From positions 201,192,001 through 201,256,000 of the forward strand of contig NC_086100.1 of the NCBI RefSeq assembly GCF_963921235.1: DNA of 64,000 bases, in the 5' to 3' direction. Numbering within the stretch: position 1 is the first letter of the stretch; every line of letters begins with the position of its first letter. The translations under genes and the position numbers were made by a program. The notes beneath the pieces were generated by a model. That model saw only the letters and a list, made by a program, of their open reading frames with translations. It had not been told where the DNA came from and did not search any database. The stretch is from Mobula hypostoma (lineage: Eukaryota). Shown piece after piece: positions 33,961 through 46,949 of this stretch.

Positions 33961-36820
33961 TGCATCAAAATTCACAAAGGAAGACACTAGCAGTATGATG
34001 GAAATCCAAGAATGATGGCATACACTCCAGGGTTCTGAAAGAGGTGGCTGAAGAGATCATGGAGGCATTAGTAATGATCTTTCAAGAGTCACTAGATTCC
34101 GGAATGATTCCAAAAGACTGGAAAATTACAAATGTCATTCTGCTCTTCAAGAAGGGAGAGAGGAAGAAGAAAGGAAACTGTAGTCTGACCTCAGTGGTTG
34201 GAAATATGTTGGAGTCGATTATTAAGGATGAGGTCTCAGGATATTTTCAGGAAATGAAAAGATAAGCCATTGTCAGCATGGTTTCACACAGCCTCAGGAT
34301 AGAGGGATGTCCTCTTAGAACAGAGATGAGGAAGAATTTCTTTAGCCAGAGATTGGTCAATCTGTGGAATTTGTTGCCACGGGTGGCTGTGGAGGCCAAG
34401 TCATTGGGTATATTTGAAGCAGAAGTTGATAGATTCTTGATTGGTCAGGGCATGAAGGGATATGGGGAGAAGGCAGGATGTTGGGGCTGAGAGAGAGGAT
34501 GGATTAGCCATAGTGAAATGGTGGAGCAGACTCAATGGGCCAAATGGCCTAATGCTGTTTTATATCTCATGTTTTCCTCAATGGAAAATCTTGCCTGACA
34601 AACCTGTGGGAATTCTTTGAAAAAATAAGCTGGAGAGACAAAGGAAAATCTGCTGGTGTTGTGTTCTTGGATTTTCAGATGGCCTTTGACAAGGTGCCAC
34701 ACATGAGGCTGCTAAACAAGTTAGCGCCCGTGGTATTACAGGAAAGATTCTAGCATGGATAGAGCAGAGGCCAATTGGCAGGAGGCACAGACTGGGATTA
34801 AAGAGAGCCTTTAATGGTTGACTTTCGGTGATTAGCGGTGTGCATAGGGGATCTGTGTTGGGTCAGATTATTGTTACGCAACATGTTAATGATTTGGTTG
34901 ATGGAATTGATGGCTTTCTATCCAGGTTTGCATACTATATAAAGATACGTGGAAGGGCTGGTAGTTTTGAAGAAGCAGAGAGGCTACAGAAGGTTTTAGA
35001 CAGATTAGGAGAATAGGCAAAGAAATGGCAGATGGAATACTGTGCTGGGAAGTGTATGGTCATGCACTTTGATAGAAGAAATAAAAGAATAGATTATTTT
35101 TCATAAATGGAGGGAAATTTCAAAAATATGAGGTGCAAAGGGATTTAGGAGTCCTTGTGCAGGATACCCTGAAGATTAATTTTCAGGTTGAGTTGGTGCT
35201 GAGGAACGCAAATGCGATGTTAGCATTCATTTCAAGAGGACTAGAATATAAAAGCAAGGACGTAATGTTGAGGCTTTATAAAGCACTGGTGAGGCCTCAC
35301 TTGTAGTATTGTGAGCAGTTTTGAGCCCCTTATCTTAGAAAGGATATGCTGAAACTGGAGAGGGTTCAAAGGAGGTTCATGAACATGATTCCAGGATTGA
35401 AAGGCTTGTCACGTGAGGAGTTTTTGATGGCTCTGTGCCTCTACTCACTGAGCTTCAGAAGAATGAGCAGTGACCTGATTGACATCTTGTTGAAAGGCCT
35501 CGACAGAGCTAAGGTGGAGAGTATGCTTCCTATAGTCAGTCAGTCTAAGACCAGAGGACACAGCCTCAGAACTGAGGGACAGCCTTTCACTACGGAGATG
35601 AAGTGGAATTTCTTTAGCCAGAGGGTGATGAATCTGTGGAGGCCAAGTCAACGGATATATTTAAGAATTATGTCTGCCGGACTCTCTTTGTAAACTTCAG
35701 TTCAGTACACTATTTGCTAGCGGTTATTGTTTGCATGATTTGTTTTCATTTCTCTCTGAACACTGGATGTTCGACGGTCTTTTTTTATCGGTTCTTTGAG
35801 AAACACAGAAACATAGAAAACCTACAGCACAACACAGGCCCTTTGGACTACAAAGCTATGTCGAAAATGTCCAGATTTTAGAAATTACCTAGGGATACCC
35901 ATAGCCCTCTATTCTTCTAAGCTCCATGTTCCTGTCCAGGACTCTCTTAAAAGATCCTATCGTATCCGCCTCCACCACTGCTGCTGGCACTCAGCCCTCT
36001 CTGCGTAAAAAACTTGCCCCTGACTTCTCCTCTGTACCTACTTCCAAGCACCTTAAAACGGTGTCCTTTCACGTTAGCCATTTCAGCCCTGTGAAAAAGC
36101 CTCTGACTATCCACACAATCAATGCCTCTCATCATCTTATACACCCCTATCAGGTCACCTCTCATCCTCTGTCGCTCCAAGGAGAAAAGGCCGAGTTCAC
36201 TCAACCTATTCTCATAAGGCATGCTCCCCAATCCAGGCAACATCCTTGAAATCTCTGCACTCTTTCTATGATTTCCACATCATTCCTATAGTGAGGCAAC
36301 CAGAACTGAGAACAGTACTCCAAGTGGGGTCAGACCAGGGTCCTATATAGCTGCAACATTACCTCTCGGCTCCTAAACTCATTCCCACGATTGATGAAGG
36401 CCAATACACCGTATACCTTCTTAACCACAGAGTCAACCTGCACAGCAGCTTTGAGTGTCCTATAGACTCGGACCCCAAGATCCCTCTGATCCTTCACACT
36501 GCCAAGAGTCTTACCATTAATGCTATATTCTGTCATCATATTTGACCTACCAAAATGAACCACCTCACACTTACCTGGGTTGAACTCCATCTGCCACTTC
36601 TCAGCCCAGCTTTGCATCCTATCAATGTCCCGTTGTAACTTCTGACAGCCCTCCACACTATCCACAACACCCTCAACCATTGTGTCATCAGCAAATTTAC
36701 TAACCCATCCCTCCACTTCCTCATCCAGGTCATTTATAAAAATCACGAAGAGGAGGGGTCCCAGAACAGATCCCTGAGGCACTCCACTGGTCACTGACCT
36801 CCATGCAGAATATGAACCAT
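33961..36820. mobile_element. Mosaic of CR1-type fragments (plus ~33961-35665; minus ~35800-36820)
   Basis: RT and C-terminal motifs in ORFs 34044, 34828, 35346, 35947, 36330. Confidence 0.85.
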
Positions 36821-38360
36821 CACATTGGATTACAGTGAATCACCGAGCTCTCAGAGCACTTGGGTTTCTTTGTTTCACGGCTGCTTGTTAAGAGACAAAT
36901 CTCAAGGTTCAATAAGATATACATACTTTGATAATAAATGTACTTTTAAGTTCGAGCTTTGGAACTTACCCACATCCTCCGATGACCCTGTGATTTCAGT
37001 CTCTGAGACCAACATGCGAGCAGCCTCAGGAGGGTGAACCCACAGAAAGCACCTCGCACTGTCCGAGTCCTAACGGCCTGTGATGGTCAACTGGCTGGAT
37101 CTTAAACAGCTCATTTTGACAGTCTGTGCTACCTACCTGCATGAAGCAGGCTTTAATTATACTGGTGCAAAGAGGAATGTGGTGACCTGCTACAATGATT
37201 ATTGTCCAGTAGCTCTGAATGTGAGGAGGTGCTTCGAGACCTCGGTGATTCACTGTACTCCAATGTGATGAAGCGGTTTGAGAGTTTGTCTATTCACTGT
37301 ATTCGAATGTGATGAAGCAATTGAGATTTCAGTGATTCGCTGTACTCCAATGTGATGAGGTGCTTTGAGAGCTTTTAGTGTTGGAACATTTGAACTCTTG
37401 CCTCAGAAATGAGTTGGATTTGCTCAATTTGTCTATCAGCACAACAGGTCCACAGCAGATGCCACTTTTTTGGCTCTTCACTCAACCCTGGAATATCTGG
37501 ACAGCATAGATGCATACATCAGGATGCTCTTTATTGACAACAGCTCAACATTCAATACCATCATCCTCTCAAAACTAATCAAGAGGCTTCAAGAACTGGG
37601 TCTTAATATATCCTTGTGCAACTGGATCCTCAATTTCCTGAAATGCAGACCCTAGTCTGTTCAGATTGGCAACAGCATCACCTCCCGATCTCCATCAGCA
37701 CAGAAGCACCACAAGGCTGTGTGCTCTACTCACTTTACACTTACGACTGTGTGCTCAGCCATATTTAAGTTTGCTGATGACACCACTGTTGTAGGCTGAA
37801 TCAAAGGTGGTGTTGAATCAGCACGTAGGAGGGAGATTGATAATCTGGCTGAGTGGTGCCACAGCAACATCTCACTCAAAGTCAGCAAGAATAAGAAGCT
37901 TGTTATTGGCTTCAGGAGAATGACTCCAGAGGTCCATGAGTCACTCATCATCAGAGGATCAGAGGTGGGGAGGGTCAGAAACTTTCAGTTTGTCAGTGTT
38001 GTTATTTTGGAGGATCTGTCCTGTGCCCAGCATGAACTGCAATTATGAAGCTTCTACTTCCCTGGAAGTTTACAAAGATTTGGCATTGACAAACTTCTAT
38101 TGATGTGTGGTGGGGGGTATATTGACTGGCTGCATCACAGCCTGGTATGGAAACACCAATGCCTTTGAATGGAAAATCCTACAAAAAGCAGTGGATACAG
38201 CTCAGTCCATCAGAGGTAAAGCCCTCCCCACCATTGAGCACAGCTACATGGAATGCTGTTGCAGGAAAGCAGCATCCATCATCAAGGCCATGATCTCTTC
38301 TCACTGCTGCCATCAGGAAGGAGGTACAGGAATGACAGGACTCACGCCACCAGGTTCAGG

Positions 38361-39513
38361 TCCCGCATGGGAGGTTTGTTAGGAAAATTCAGTCGCATGG
38401 AGAGGTGGTAAATTGGATTAGACATTGGCTCAATGGAAGAAGCCAAAGAGTGATAGTAGAGAATTGCTTCTCCGAGTGGAGGCCTGTGACTAGTGGTGTG
38501 CCACAGGGATCAGTGCTGGGTCCACTGTTATTTGTCATCTATATCAATGATCTGGATGATAATGTGGTAAATTGGATCAGCAATTTTGCTGATGATACAA
38601 AGATTGGAGGTGTAGTAGACAGTGAGGAAGGTTTTCAGAGCCTGCAGAGGGACTTGGACCAGCTGGAAAAATGGGCTGAAAAATGGCAGATGGAGTTTAA
38701 TACAGACAAGTGTGAGGTATTGCACGTTGGAAGGACAAACCAAGGTAGAACATACAGGGTTAATGGTAAGGCACTGAGGAGTGCAGTAGAACAGAGGGAT
38801 CTGGGAATACAGATACAAAATTCCCTAAAAGTGGTGTCACAGGTAGATAGGGTCGTAAAGAGAGCTTTTGGTACATTGGCCTTTATTAATCAAAGTATTG
38901 AGTATAAGAGCTGGAATGTTATGATGAGGTTGTATAAGGCATTGGTGAGGCTGAATCTGGAGTATTGAGTTCAGTTTTGGTCACCAAATTACAGGAAGGA
39001 TATAAATAAGGTTGAAAGAGTGCAGAGAAGGTTTACAAGGATGTTGCCGGGACTTGAGAAATTCAGTTACAGAGCAAGGTTGAATAGGTTAGGACTTTAT
39101 TTCCTGGAGCGTAGAAGAATGAGGGGAGATTTGATAGAGGTATATAAAATTATGATGGGTATAGATAGAGTGAATGCAAGCAGGCTTTTTCCACTGAGGA
39201 AAGGGGAGAAAAAAACCAGAGGACATGGGTTAAGGGTGAGGGGGGAAAAGTTTAAAGGGAACATTGGGGGGGGGGGCTTTTTCACACAGAGAGTGGGTGG
39301 GAGTATGGAATGAGCTGCCAGACGAGGTGGTAAATGCCAGTTCTTTATTAACATTTAAGAATAAATTGGACAGATACATGGATGGGAGGTGTATGGAGGG
39401 ATATGGTCCGTGTGCAGGTCAGTGGGACTAGGCAGAAAATGGTTCGGCACAGCCAAGAAGGGCCAAAAGGCCTATTTCTGTGCTGTAGTTTTTCTATGGT
39501 TTCTATGGTTTCT
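38361..39513 (+). mobile_element. Young CR1-type LINE (subfamily copy C)
   Basis: Near-identical to 11578-12734 including tail. Confidence 0.95.
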
Positions 39514-39766
39514 AGTTATTACCCTTCAACCATCAGGCTCTTGAACCAGCAGGGATTAACTTCACTTGCCCCATCACTGGACTGTTCCCACAACCTATAA
39601 ACTCACTCTCAATCACTTTTCATCTCATGTTCTTGATACTTATTGCTTATTTACTTATTGTTATTATTTTTCTTTACTATTTGCTCAGCTGTCTTTTGCA
39701 CATTTGTTATTTGTCCTTTCTGCTGGGTGTGGTCTTTTGTTGATTCTGTTGTGTTTCTTGGACTTA

Positions 39767-40094
39767 CAAGGGGTGATTGATAAGTTTGTGGCCTAAAGTA
39801 GAAGGAGTCAATTTTAGAAAACCTAGCACATTTATTTTTCCTACATTTACACACTTAGTCCAGCAGTCGTGGAGCATACGGATCCCTTCTTTGTAGAAGT
39901 CGGCATCTTGGACCCCCAGAAAGTGGTCCACAGCAGGGTGATTGATAAGTTCATTGCCTAAGAAAGAAAGAGATGTTATTAACTTCAAACTTTCTGCATT
40001 CTCACTCAAAGAGTTGAACTACACAAGCATGTAACGAGAGCTGTATAACTCATCTCCTTCTACCTCAGGCCACAAACCTATCAATCACCCTTCG
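39767..40094. mobile_element. Mariner-derived non-autonomous element (MITE)
   Basis: ~41-bp imperfect TIRs (C.AGGGGTGATTGATAAGTTTGTGGCCT..), TA on both sides; minus-strand remnant FYKEGIRMLHDCWTKCVNVG of the mariner transposase C-terminus. Confidence 0.9.
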
Positions 40095-40328
40095 TATTGT
40101 GAATGCCTGCAGGAAAAAGAATCTCAGAGCTATATATGGTGACATATGGTGTATGTACTTTGATAATAAATTTACTTTGAGCTTATTAAGTGGCCCTGGG
40201 TTTAACATTTCATCTGTCCGCTCACACCTCCCAGACACTGAGGTCACCATTTCACCAAATGGGACTGCACAGAATGTCAATGATGTATACTCAGTGAAGT
40301 GATCTTCCCTTTGTATTTTAAGCAGCAG

Positions 40329-40444
40329 ATCAATTACACGTGGAGCGCGCGGAGCAGCTTTTCGAGGAGCTGACGGATTACAGATTCATATTCCCGTGTG
40401 TTGTGTCCGGGAAGAGGAAGCGGAGTTTGGCCGCCTCATTGCAG
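40329..40444 (+). CDS. ADAM exon 2 (prodomain start)
   Basis: Pyrimidine tract + AAG/CAG/CAG acceptors; reads (D)QLHVERAEQLFEELTDYRFIFPCVVSGKRKRSLAASLQ; DYRFIFP resembles the DYEVVYP motif of ADAM/SVMP prodomains; donor CAG|GTAATT; phase 1 to 0. Start may instead be 40323 or 40326. Confidence 0.85.
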
Positions 40445-41889
40445 GTAATTCATTGCTGGGGTTCCACGGTTGGGCGGTGTGATCTCCACCGGGCCACTGT
40501 CCGACTAACTTAGCTGCAGAGACATTCACAGAACAGCCGTCCTGATGCACGGCCAAGAGCTGGCGGAAATGTAAAGACAGCTCTGTGCAACCATGGTTCA
40601 GTAAGTTACACAAGCCTATCTCTGTGAAAAACAGCCTAAATGAGAGGAATTGCCACCTTTTTAGTTTCATTGTCAACTGTTTTTGCCTTTGTTACATTTA
40701 ATTATCTTTGCCTGATGTCTGTTTTCCCAACTTTCTGCCCTAACCCAACTCTTTGAAACATCTTACACATTTTTACAGTTTTATACCATCCCAATTTTTC
40801 TGTTAGCCATAACTGAATCATTTTTCTCATCAAGTCTTTATTTCCTTGACGGAATACTTCTTTGCTATGATTTATGAGATAGCTCCTCAACACTCTGCAC
40901 AAATAATCTGTGACTTATGTTTTTAGTTTACAGTTCTGTGCAAAGATCTTAGGCACATATACTTGGCTAGGACGCCTAAGACTTTTTCACAGTACTGTAG
41001 TAATTTCATGTCTTGCACTGTACTGCTGCAAAAAAAAAAATCAAAATTCACGACATATGTGAGTGATGATAAACCTGATTCTGACATGGGTCTCTATTGT
41101 GGACCAAGAGTGGGAAGGGGAATCACAGTGGGAAAAGAGGAAAGAAGAGGAGAAGGAATGAGAAGCTCCAGAGAGACATTCTGTAGTGATCAATAAACCA
41201 ATTGTTTGGAATCAAATGGCCTTGGTTGGTGTCTTTGTGCTGGGTGTACCTGCACCTGCGCCACCCCCACCCCGGCACTCCTTCTCTGCCACCTGTCCCA
41301 CAGTGCTCCACTCTTGCCATTCTAAACATCCTTTGTTCCCGCCAGATTTACAAATTCACTCATTGCTCCACGTTGACACAGAACTGTGCAAAGTTCTTAG
41401 GCACCCTACCCTAAGACACGTGCATGGTACCGTACGTGTAGCGAATCTGCCTTTGTCCCATTCTAATTGACTTAATTAAGCTTAAGAAGCAGTTTCAGAG
41501 TTCCCTCCTCTCAAAGGTGAATATTAAATTCTATCATATTATGATCACTCTTCCCCAGTGGATCCCTTGTTATGAGTCACAGTTTCACTTAGCACTTGAC
41601 AGAACTCTGCCCCGGATACTTCCAGAATAGATTATTCCTTTCCATAGGTGCTGTCTGATCTGATGAGCTCCTCCAGAATTTTATGTACATTATTCTGAAC
41701 CCATCTCAGCATGCTCCCCATGCCATTTAGACTCGTGCACACAATACAAATACCCATGATTATGGCCGTACCTCCTGCACTGGCCATCGGTATTTCTGAT
41801 TTGTAGTGTGGCTGGAAGCAGGAAGGCACAAGCATTTTCTTTCCTGTGCTGGGTCAAATGCATTCACAGCACCAACTGCAGATTTATTT

Positions 41890-42170
41890 TTTTGTACGTC
41901 CATGCGTGCGTGTGCGATGTTGGCGGGATGATATCTTTTTCATGCCTTTACAAGGCTTAGAGTGAGAGAGAGACTGTGTGGCGAGCCAATCCTCACACAG
42001 ACATTTCGCAGTATTTTTCCCTTTTTTATTTTACGAGGTCGAGTTGCAACCTCGACACTCAACCTGGTACGGATGGAAAGCGTTCTCGGGAGCGGCCCCG
42101 ACTGGATTCGAACCTGGGAACTTTCGTTCTGGAGTCCAGCACTGATGTCATTGCGCCACCAGCCGGCCCC
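41890..42170 (-). mobile_element. tRNA-derived SINE
   Basis: Minus-strand head GGGGCCGGCTGGTGGCGCAATGAC (A box) ... GGTTCGAATCC (B box), followed by non-tRNA body. Confidence 0.8.
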
Positions 42171-43336
42171 ACGAACCACAGATTTTGATTGAACTTTATA
42201 TATCTGTGGTTAGTTCACCAAACTGCATTCAGTTGTGGTCTCAGTGCTTTAGGGAGGGTGTGAGAGTGCAAGCAAACTCCTCAGTGTAGGTAGCCCAGTT
42301 ACAAGGTTCAGTCTAACTTCTATATCAACCATAGTTAGATCGTGTGTAGAAAGTTGTGTACAGTCCCGGTTGCCTCATTAAAGGAAGGAAATGGAAGCTT
42401 TCGAGAGGGTGCAGAGGAGATTTGCCAGTATGCTGCCTGGATTAGAGAGCGTAGGTGGAGTGAGGTAGGGCTTTTCTCTTTGGAGTGGAGGATGAGAGGT
42501 GACTGATAGAGGTGAACTGTGCAAGATGGTGAAAGGCATAGATCGAGTGGACAGCCAGTGACACTTTCCCAGGGCAGAAATGGTTAATAGGAGGGGGCAT
42601 AATTTTAAAGTGTAGGTGGGGATGTCAGAGGCAAGTTCTTTACACAGAGCGTGGTGGAACGCACTGCCAGGAGTGATGGTAGAGACAGATGCATTCGGGA
42701 CATTGAAGAATCTCATAGATAGGCACGTGTACAAGGAAGTAGGTTAAAATGTCGACCAAAGGACCTGTCAGGTGCTGTAATATTCTCTGTTGTGTGAAAC
42801 CCCTGATCCCCAGAACCTCCTTGGTGAGATTTTCTGCACCTCTGCTGAACGTCACATCCTTTTCAGAGCACAATGACCAGAAGGGGATGCAGGCTGCGCT
42901 GTCTGCAGGTTATGAGAAGATTCGGTTGAGGTGGAAAGGACACTGATCACCATCTGTAGGGATGCAGAACCACATTGTCGAAATGGAAATGTCGGAATGG
43001 GTACCAGAGAGGGTTGTGAGGAAAGAGGGGGGCCAATATATGTGACAGGAATCTGTTACCAGCAGCCATCATAAACTCGATAGACTGAATGGCCTCTTGC
43101 AGCATAATAATTCCAGAATCCTTTACTTCAGTTACCTGAGGAACTGCCAGAATATGGGAATACCATTACAGCTCTGAGCAGGTTAGAAGGGAAAACATGG
43201 TATGGATGGGCAGAACAGCCTCAGTTGCATGGGTGGATGCTGAGTGAGGGCAGATTTGGCTCCTGCTTGACCACATAGCGAGGAGCAACCACGAGCAGAT
43301 CATAGTCCGGTCACCATCTTCTTTATCCCCGCACAG

Positions 43337-43413
43337 GGCAGCTACCCAAAACACATCAGCATCCTGGTGGAGCTCGCGGGGGAGCACCTAATGCTGGATC
43401 TCAGCAGGAACAC
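43337..43413 (+). CDS. ADAM exon 3 (prodomain)
   Basis: ttctttatccccgcacag| GSYPKHISILVELAGEHLMLDLSRN(T) |gtgagt; 77 nt; LxLxxN motif of M12B propeptide. Confidence 0.92.
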
Positions 43414-44691
43414 GTGAGTGAGTCTTCGCATTTCTGTTGGAGAGGTCCTGGAGAAGCCCACCCTGCCCATTTCTGTCAGCTACCCGGCTGTAAGTGGAGC
43501 CACCAAGTGCCCCCCACCCCCCTTGTGCTGGGCTCAGTGCCAGGACCCCCATGGTACGCTAGTGCGGAAAGAGGTGGGGGATTGGGAGATCACGTCAATC
43601 ACAGACAACGGAGAGGAGTAACAAGTTACGGCAGCACTGTAATGTGCAGTTAGTTTAATGCCAAACAGGGTTCAATTCCCACCACTGCCTGTAAGGAAGT
43701 TCTCTCTGTGCCTGTGTGGGATTCCTCTGGACATGTGGGTGCGGGTGTGGGTTAGTGAGTTGTGGGCAGGCTAGATTAGTGCCTGCAGTGTGATAACACC
43801 TGCAAGCTGCCCAACACCATGTTCACTGATCTGATTTGACACAAAACGACACATTTCACTGTGTTTCGATGTTTCAATGTACATACAGAATGAGAAATAA
43901 AGCTTATCCTTCTCTCTTCATGCATAATGCCTATACCAAATTAAACTAAATCTATTCTGCCTGTACAAGAGTCATACTCCTCCTGTCCTGTATATTCACA
44001 CGTCTGTCCAACAGTCTCTCAAACATCACTACTTGTTGCAAGGCTCCCTCTGGTGTCAAAAAACAAACTTCTCTTGCACATCTCCTGTAAGCTTGCCCTC
44101 TCTCACCTGAAATGTATTCCCTCAGATATTAGCTATTTCAACCCTGGGCAAAAGATGATGATTGTTTACCCTATGCATGAACCTCTATCAGATCTCCCCT
44201 CAGCTCCACCACTCCAGAAAAAATAATATCTTTGTCCAACCTCTCCTTTTAGACCATACCCTCTAATCCAGGCAAAATCCTGCAACCCCTCAAAAGCTTT
44301 ACATCCTTCCTGTAATCGGGTGACTAGAATTGCACACAATACTCCAAGCACGGCCTAACCAAACTTTTACACAGTTTCAACATGACTTCCTAAATCTTTT
44401 ACTCAGTACCCCAAACGTGATATCCTCCTTTACTGTGCATTGTCAGTTTCAGAGAGCAATGGACTTGGCACCCAAGTTCAACATTATTAATGGTCCGGAC
44501 GTTTACAGAACGCTTTCTCCTGACATTAAATCTCTCAAAGTGCAGCACGTCCCATGTGTGGGGATAAAACTCCAGCCCCCCTGGCTGGTGCAGTTGCGAT
44601 CTGCGATCTGCGATCTGCTGAGGGCACTGCCATTCCACGGTTGATGAGGCATCTCGGTGACAGCTTCTTCTTTTCTGTTTCTCTGCTACAG

Positions 44692-44770
44692 TGTCCTCTT
44701 GCCGAGAGGCTTCCAGGTCTCACACTACGATTTGGATGGGTCTCTGGTGACAGAGCAGGATAAGGAACCG
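44692..44770 (+). CDS. ADAM exon 4 (prodomain)
   Basis: ttttctgtttctctgctacag| VLLPRGFQVSHYDLDGSLVTEQDKEP |gtgagt; 79 nt; LLxxxFxxxxYxxxG motif. Confidence 0.93.
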
Positions 44771-45833
44771 GTGAGTGGACTTGGCAAGCTCTCGGTACTG
44801 ACATTCATCTTTGTGTCGAGGCACTGAGGGGGGTTTTGTTTTGCCCTGCTCTCTGCTCGCTGCCAGAGTGCCGGGGTCAGGCTGAGTTCCAAACTTCACC
44901 CACTTTTTAGCCATCAGTTACAATGGCTTCAGCTTGTTCTCCACTGTAAAGTTCTCTTGCCTTAGTGGCTGGAAGTTTACTGATGAGGAACGGGTGAGAT
45001 ACCAGGAGATTAGAGTGAAGCCTCTGTTGTTCTCTTTCTCAGACGGGGCTGTAGGATTAAACCCGGAGCCTAATAGGGAGGTAAGGAAGGTAAGGTGGGG
45101 GAGTTGTAGAAAATTCTGAGGGACAAGAACTTTGTTCAGATGGACTGATTAGCAGTCAGCATGGTTTTGTGTGGGGGAGATCACATCTCACTAATCTCAG
45201 GAGCTAACTAGGAGCTAACTAAGGAGATCGATGAAGGCAGCCCAATGACTTTAGGAAGGCTTTTAGTAAGATCGCATATGGTCCACTGGCCCAGAGGGAC
45301 AAGGCCCAAAGGGTTTGACAAGGGTGGCAAACTGGATCCACAGTGGGCTGGTGACGGGTGATGGGTGCAGAGAGTCGTGCTGGTGACTGGAAGTATGCAG
45401 CAAGAGTTGTACCTCAGGGGTTGGTGCTCAGACCTCTGTTCTTCACTATCCACAACATCACCTATCTTTGTGCATCTGCAGATTTACTACTGAGCTCATC
45501 AGCATTTTAGTCCAAATTATTTAAATATCTCACAGAGGACCCAGCACTGATCCATGCTCACAAAGCTCCAGTCAGATGAAGACCCTTCATCGCTTCCTTC
45601 CTATATTCTATGGCCAGGCCAACTTTCAATTCATCTACTGTGGATCCCCTGTAGCTTAATCTTCCGAATCCCCCTACCACTTCCAATCCTCTATCCTCAT
45701 CCTGATCAATCACCTTTATCACTTCAAAAATAGTCAGAGACTCTGAGGTGTTGATGTTGACAAGGAGCTGGAGCAGAACCTGCCTTGTTACTGAGTTTTC
45801 TCGAAATGCTGACATTTCAATCTCTCCCCACAG

Positions 45834-45910
45834 TCTCAGTGCTACTACGAGGGCTCCGTCCGAGGCTTCTCAGGATCTACGGTCTCAGCCAGCACCTGCT
45901 CGGGACTCAG
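45834..45910 (+). CDS. ADAM exon 5 (prodomain)
   Basis: tctctccccacag| SQCYYEGSVRGFSGSTVSASTCSGL |gtaaag; 77 nt; hallmark CYYxGxV...STCxGL motif. Confidence 0.95.
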
Positions 45911-46061
45911 GTAAAGCTGCTGATGCGTCTCTGTCTCTGTTGTGAGAAGGGGTCTCGCTGTGTCACGGCCCAGCAGTGTGGACACAGGGCTGGGGTACTC
46001 GCTGTCTAACAACTGGGATGTACAGAGTTCAGTTGATCAGAGTCTTTTCTCCCTTCGCCAG

Positions 46062-46236
46062 CGCTCTGATTGTTCTCAGTAATCGGACTTACGTCATCGA
46101 GCACCTGGGGGAGGCTGAGCACGGGCGGCATTTGCTATACAGACCCGAAGATCTCAAGTCAGTGCCTGGACGGTGTGGAGTGACAAACACGTCTCCCGTG
46201 TCAGTCTTGATCCAGGACCTTCAACACTTACACCGG
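46062..46236 (+). CDS. ADAM exon 6 (prodomain end, cysteine switch)
   Basis: cttttctcccttcgccag| ALIVLSNRTYVIEHLGEAEHGRHLLYRPEDLKSVPGRCGVTNTSPVSVLIQDLQHLHR |gtgagt; 175 nt; YxIE, HxxY and CGV motifs. Confidence 0.95.
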
Positions 46237-46949
46237 GTGAGTGGACATGTGGGAGCTTCAAACGGAGGAAGACAGAAATAGCAGACCAATTAAAGATTAG
46301 ATTATCCTTTACATAGAAACACACTGAAACGCAGTCTTTGTGTCAATGACCAATACAGCCCAAGTGCTGGGGGCAGGGCAGCCTGCAAGTGTGGCCGTGC
46401 CTCCGGTGCCCACAATTTATTAACCCTAACTTGTAGGTCTTCCGAATGTGGCAGGAAATGAAAGCAGAACGTACTGACTCCACAGAGAATTGAACCCCAC
46501 TGCCCAGGTACTTCGGTTCTGTCTGAATGATGCAAGATGCAAATAAGCTCCCACAAGTGCAAGGAAATTGAGAACCCAGCAAGAGAAAGGAACTGAAAGG
46601 AATTGAATCAGTGTCATAGAAAATTACAGCTCAGAAACAGGCCCTTCAGCCCATCTAGTCCATGCTGAACCATTTAAACTGCCTACTCCCATTGTCCTGA
46701 ACCCAGACCATAGCCCTCCATACCCTCAGCATCCATGTACCCATTCAAACTTCTCTTAAACGTTGAAATCGAGCCCGCACCCACCACTTGCACTGGCATC
46801 TCGTTCCACACTCTCACATGATGGATTGGTGGCTGTTCTCCAACAGGCTTTGGACCCTGTATTGGAGAGTTGCGAATCTAATGCCAAGGTTTGAAAAAAG
46901 CAAATTGAGAGAGAACAGACTGGTCAGCCTCACATCAGCGGTGGAAGAA

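Larger units (their letters stand above)
36965..40181 (+). mobile_element. Old Rex1/Babar-like LINE interrupted by a CR1 (38361-39513) and a mariner MITE (39767-40094)
   Basis: [57 protein letters not shown] tail. Confidence 0.85.

Noticed and set aside
42095..42170. tRNA gene
   Set aside because: A/B boxes present, but no proper acceptor stem and it continues into a SINE body
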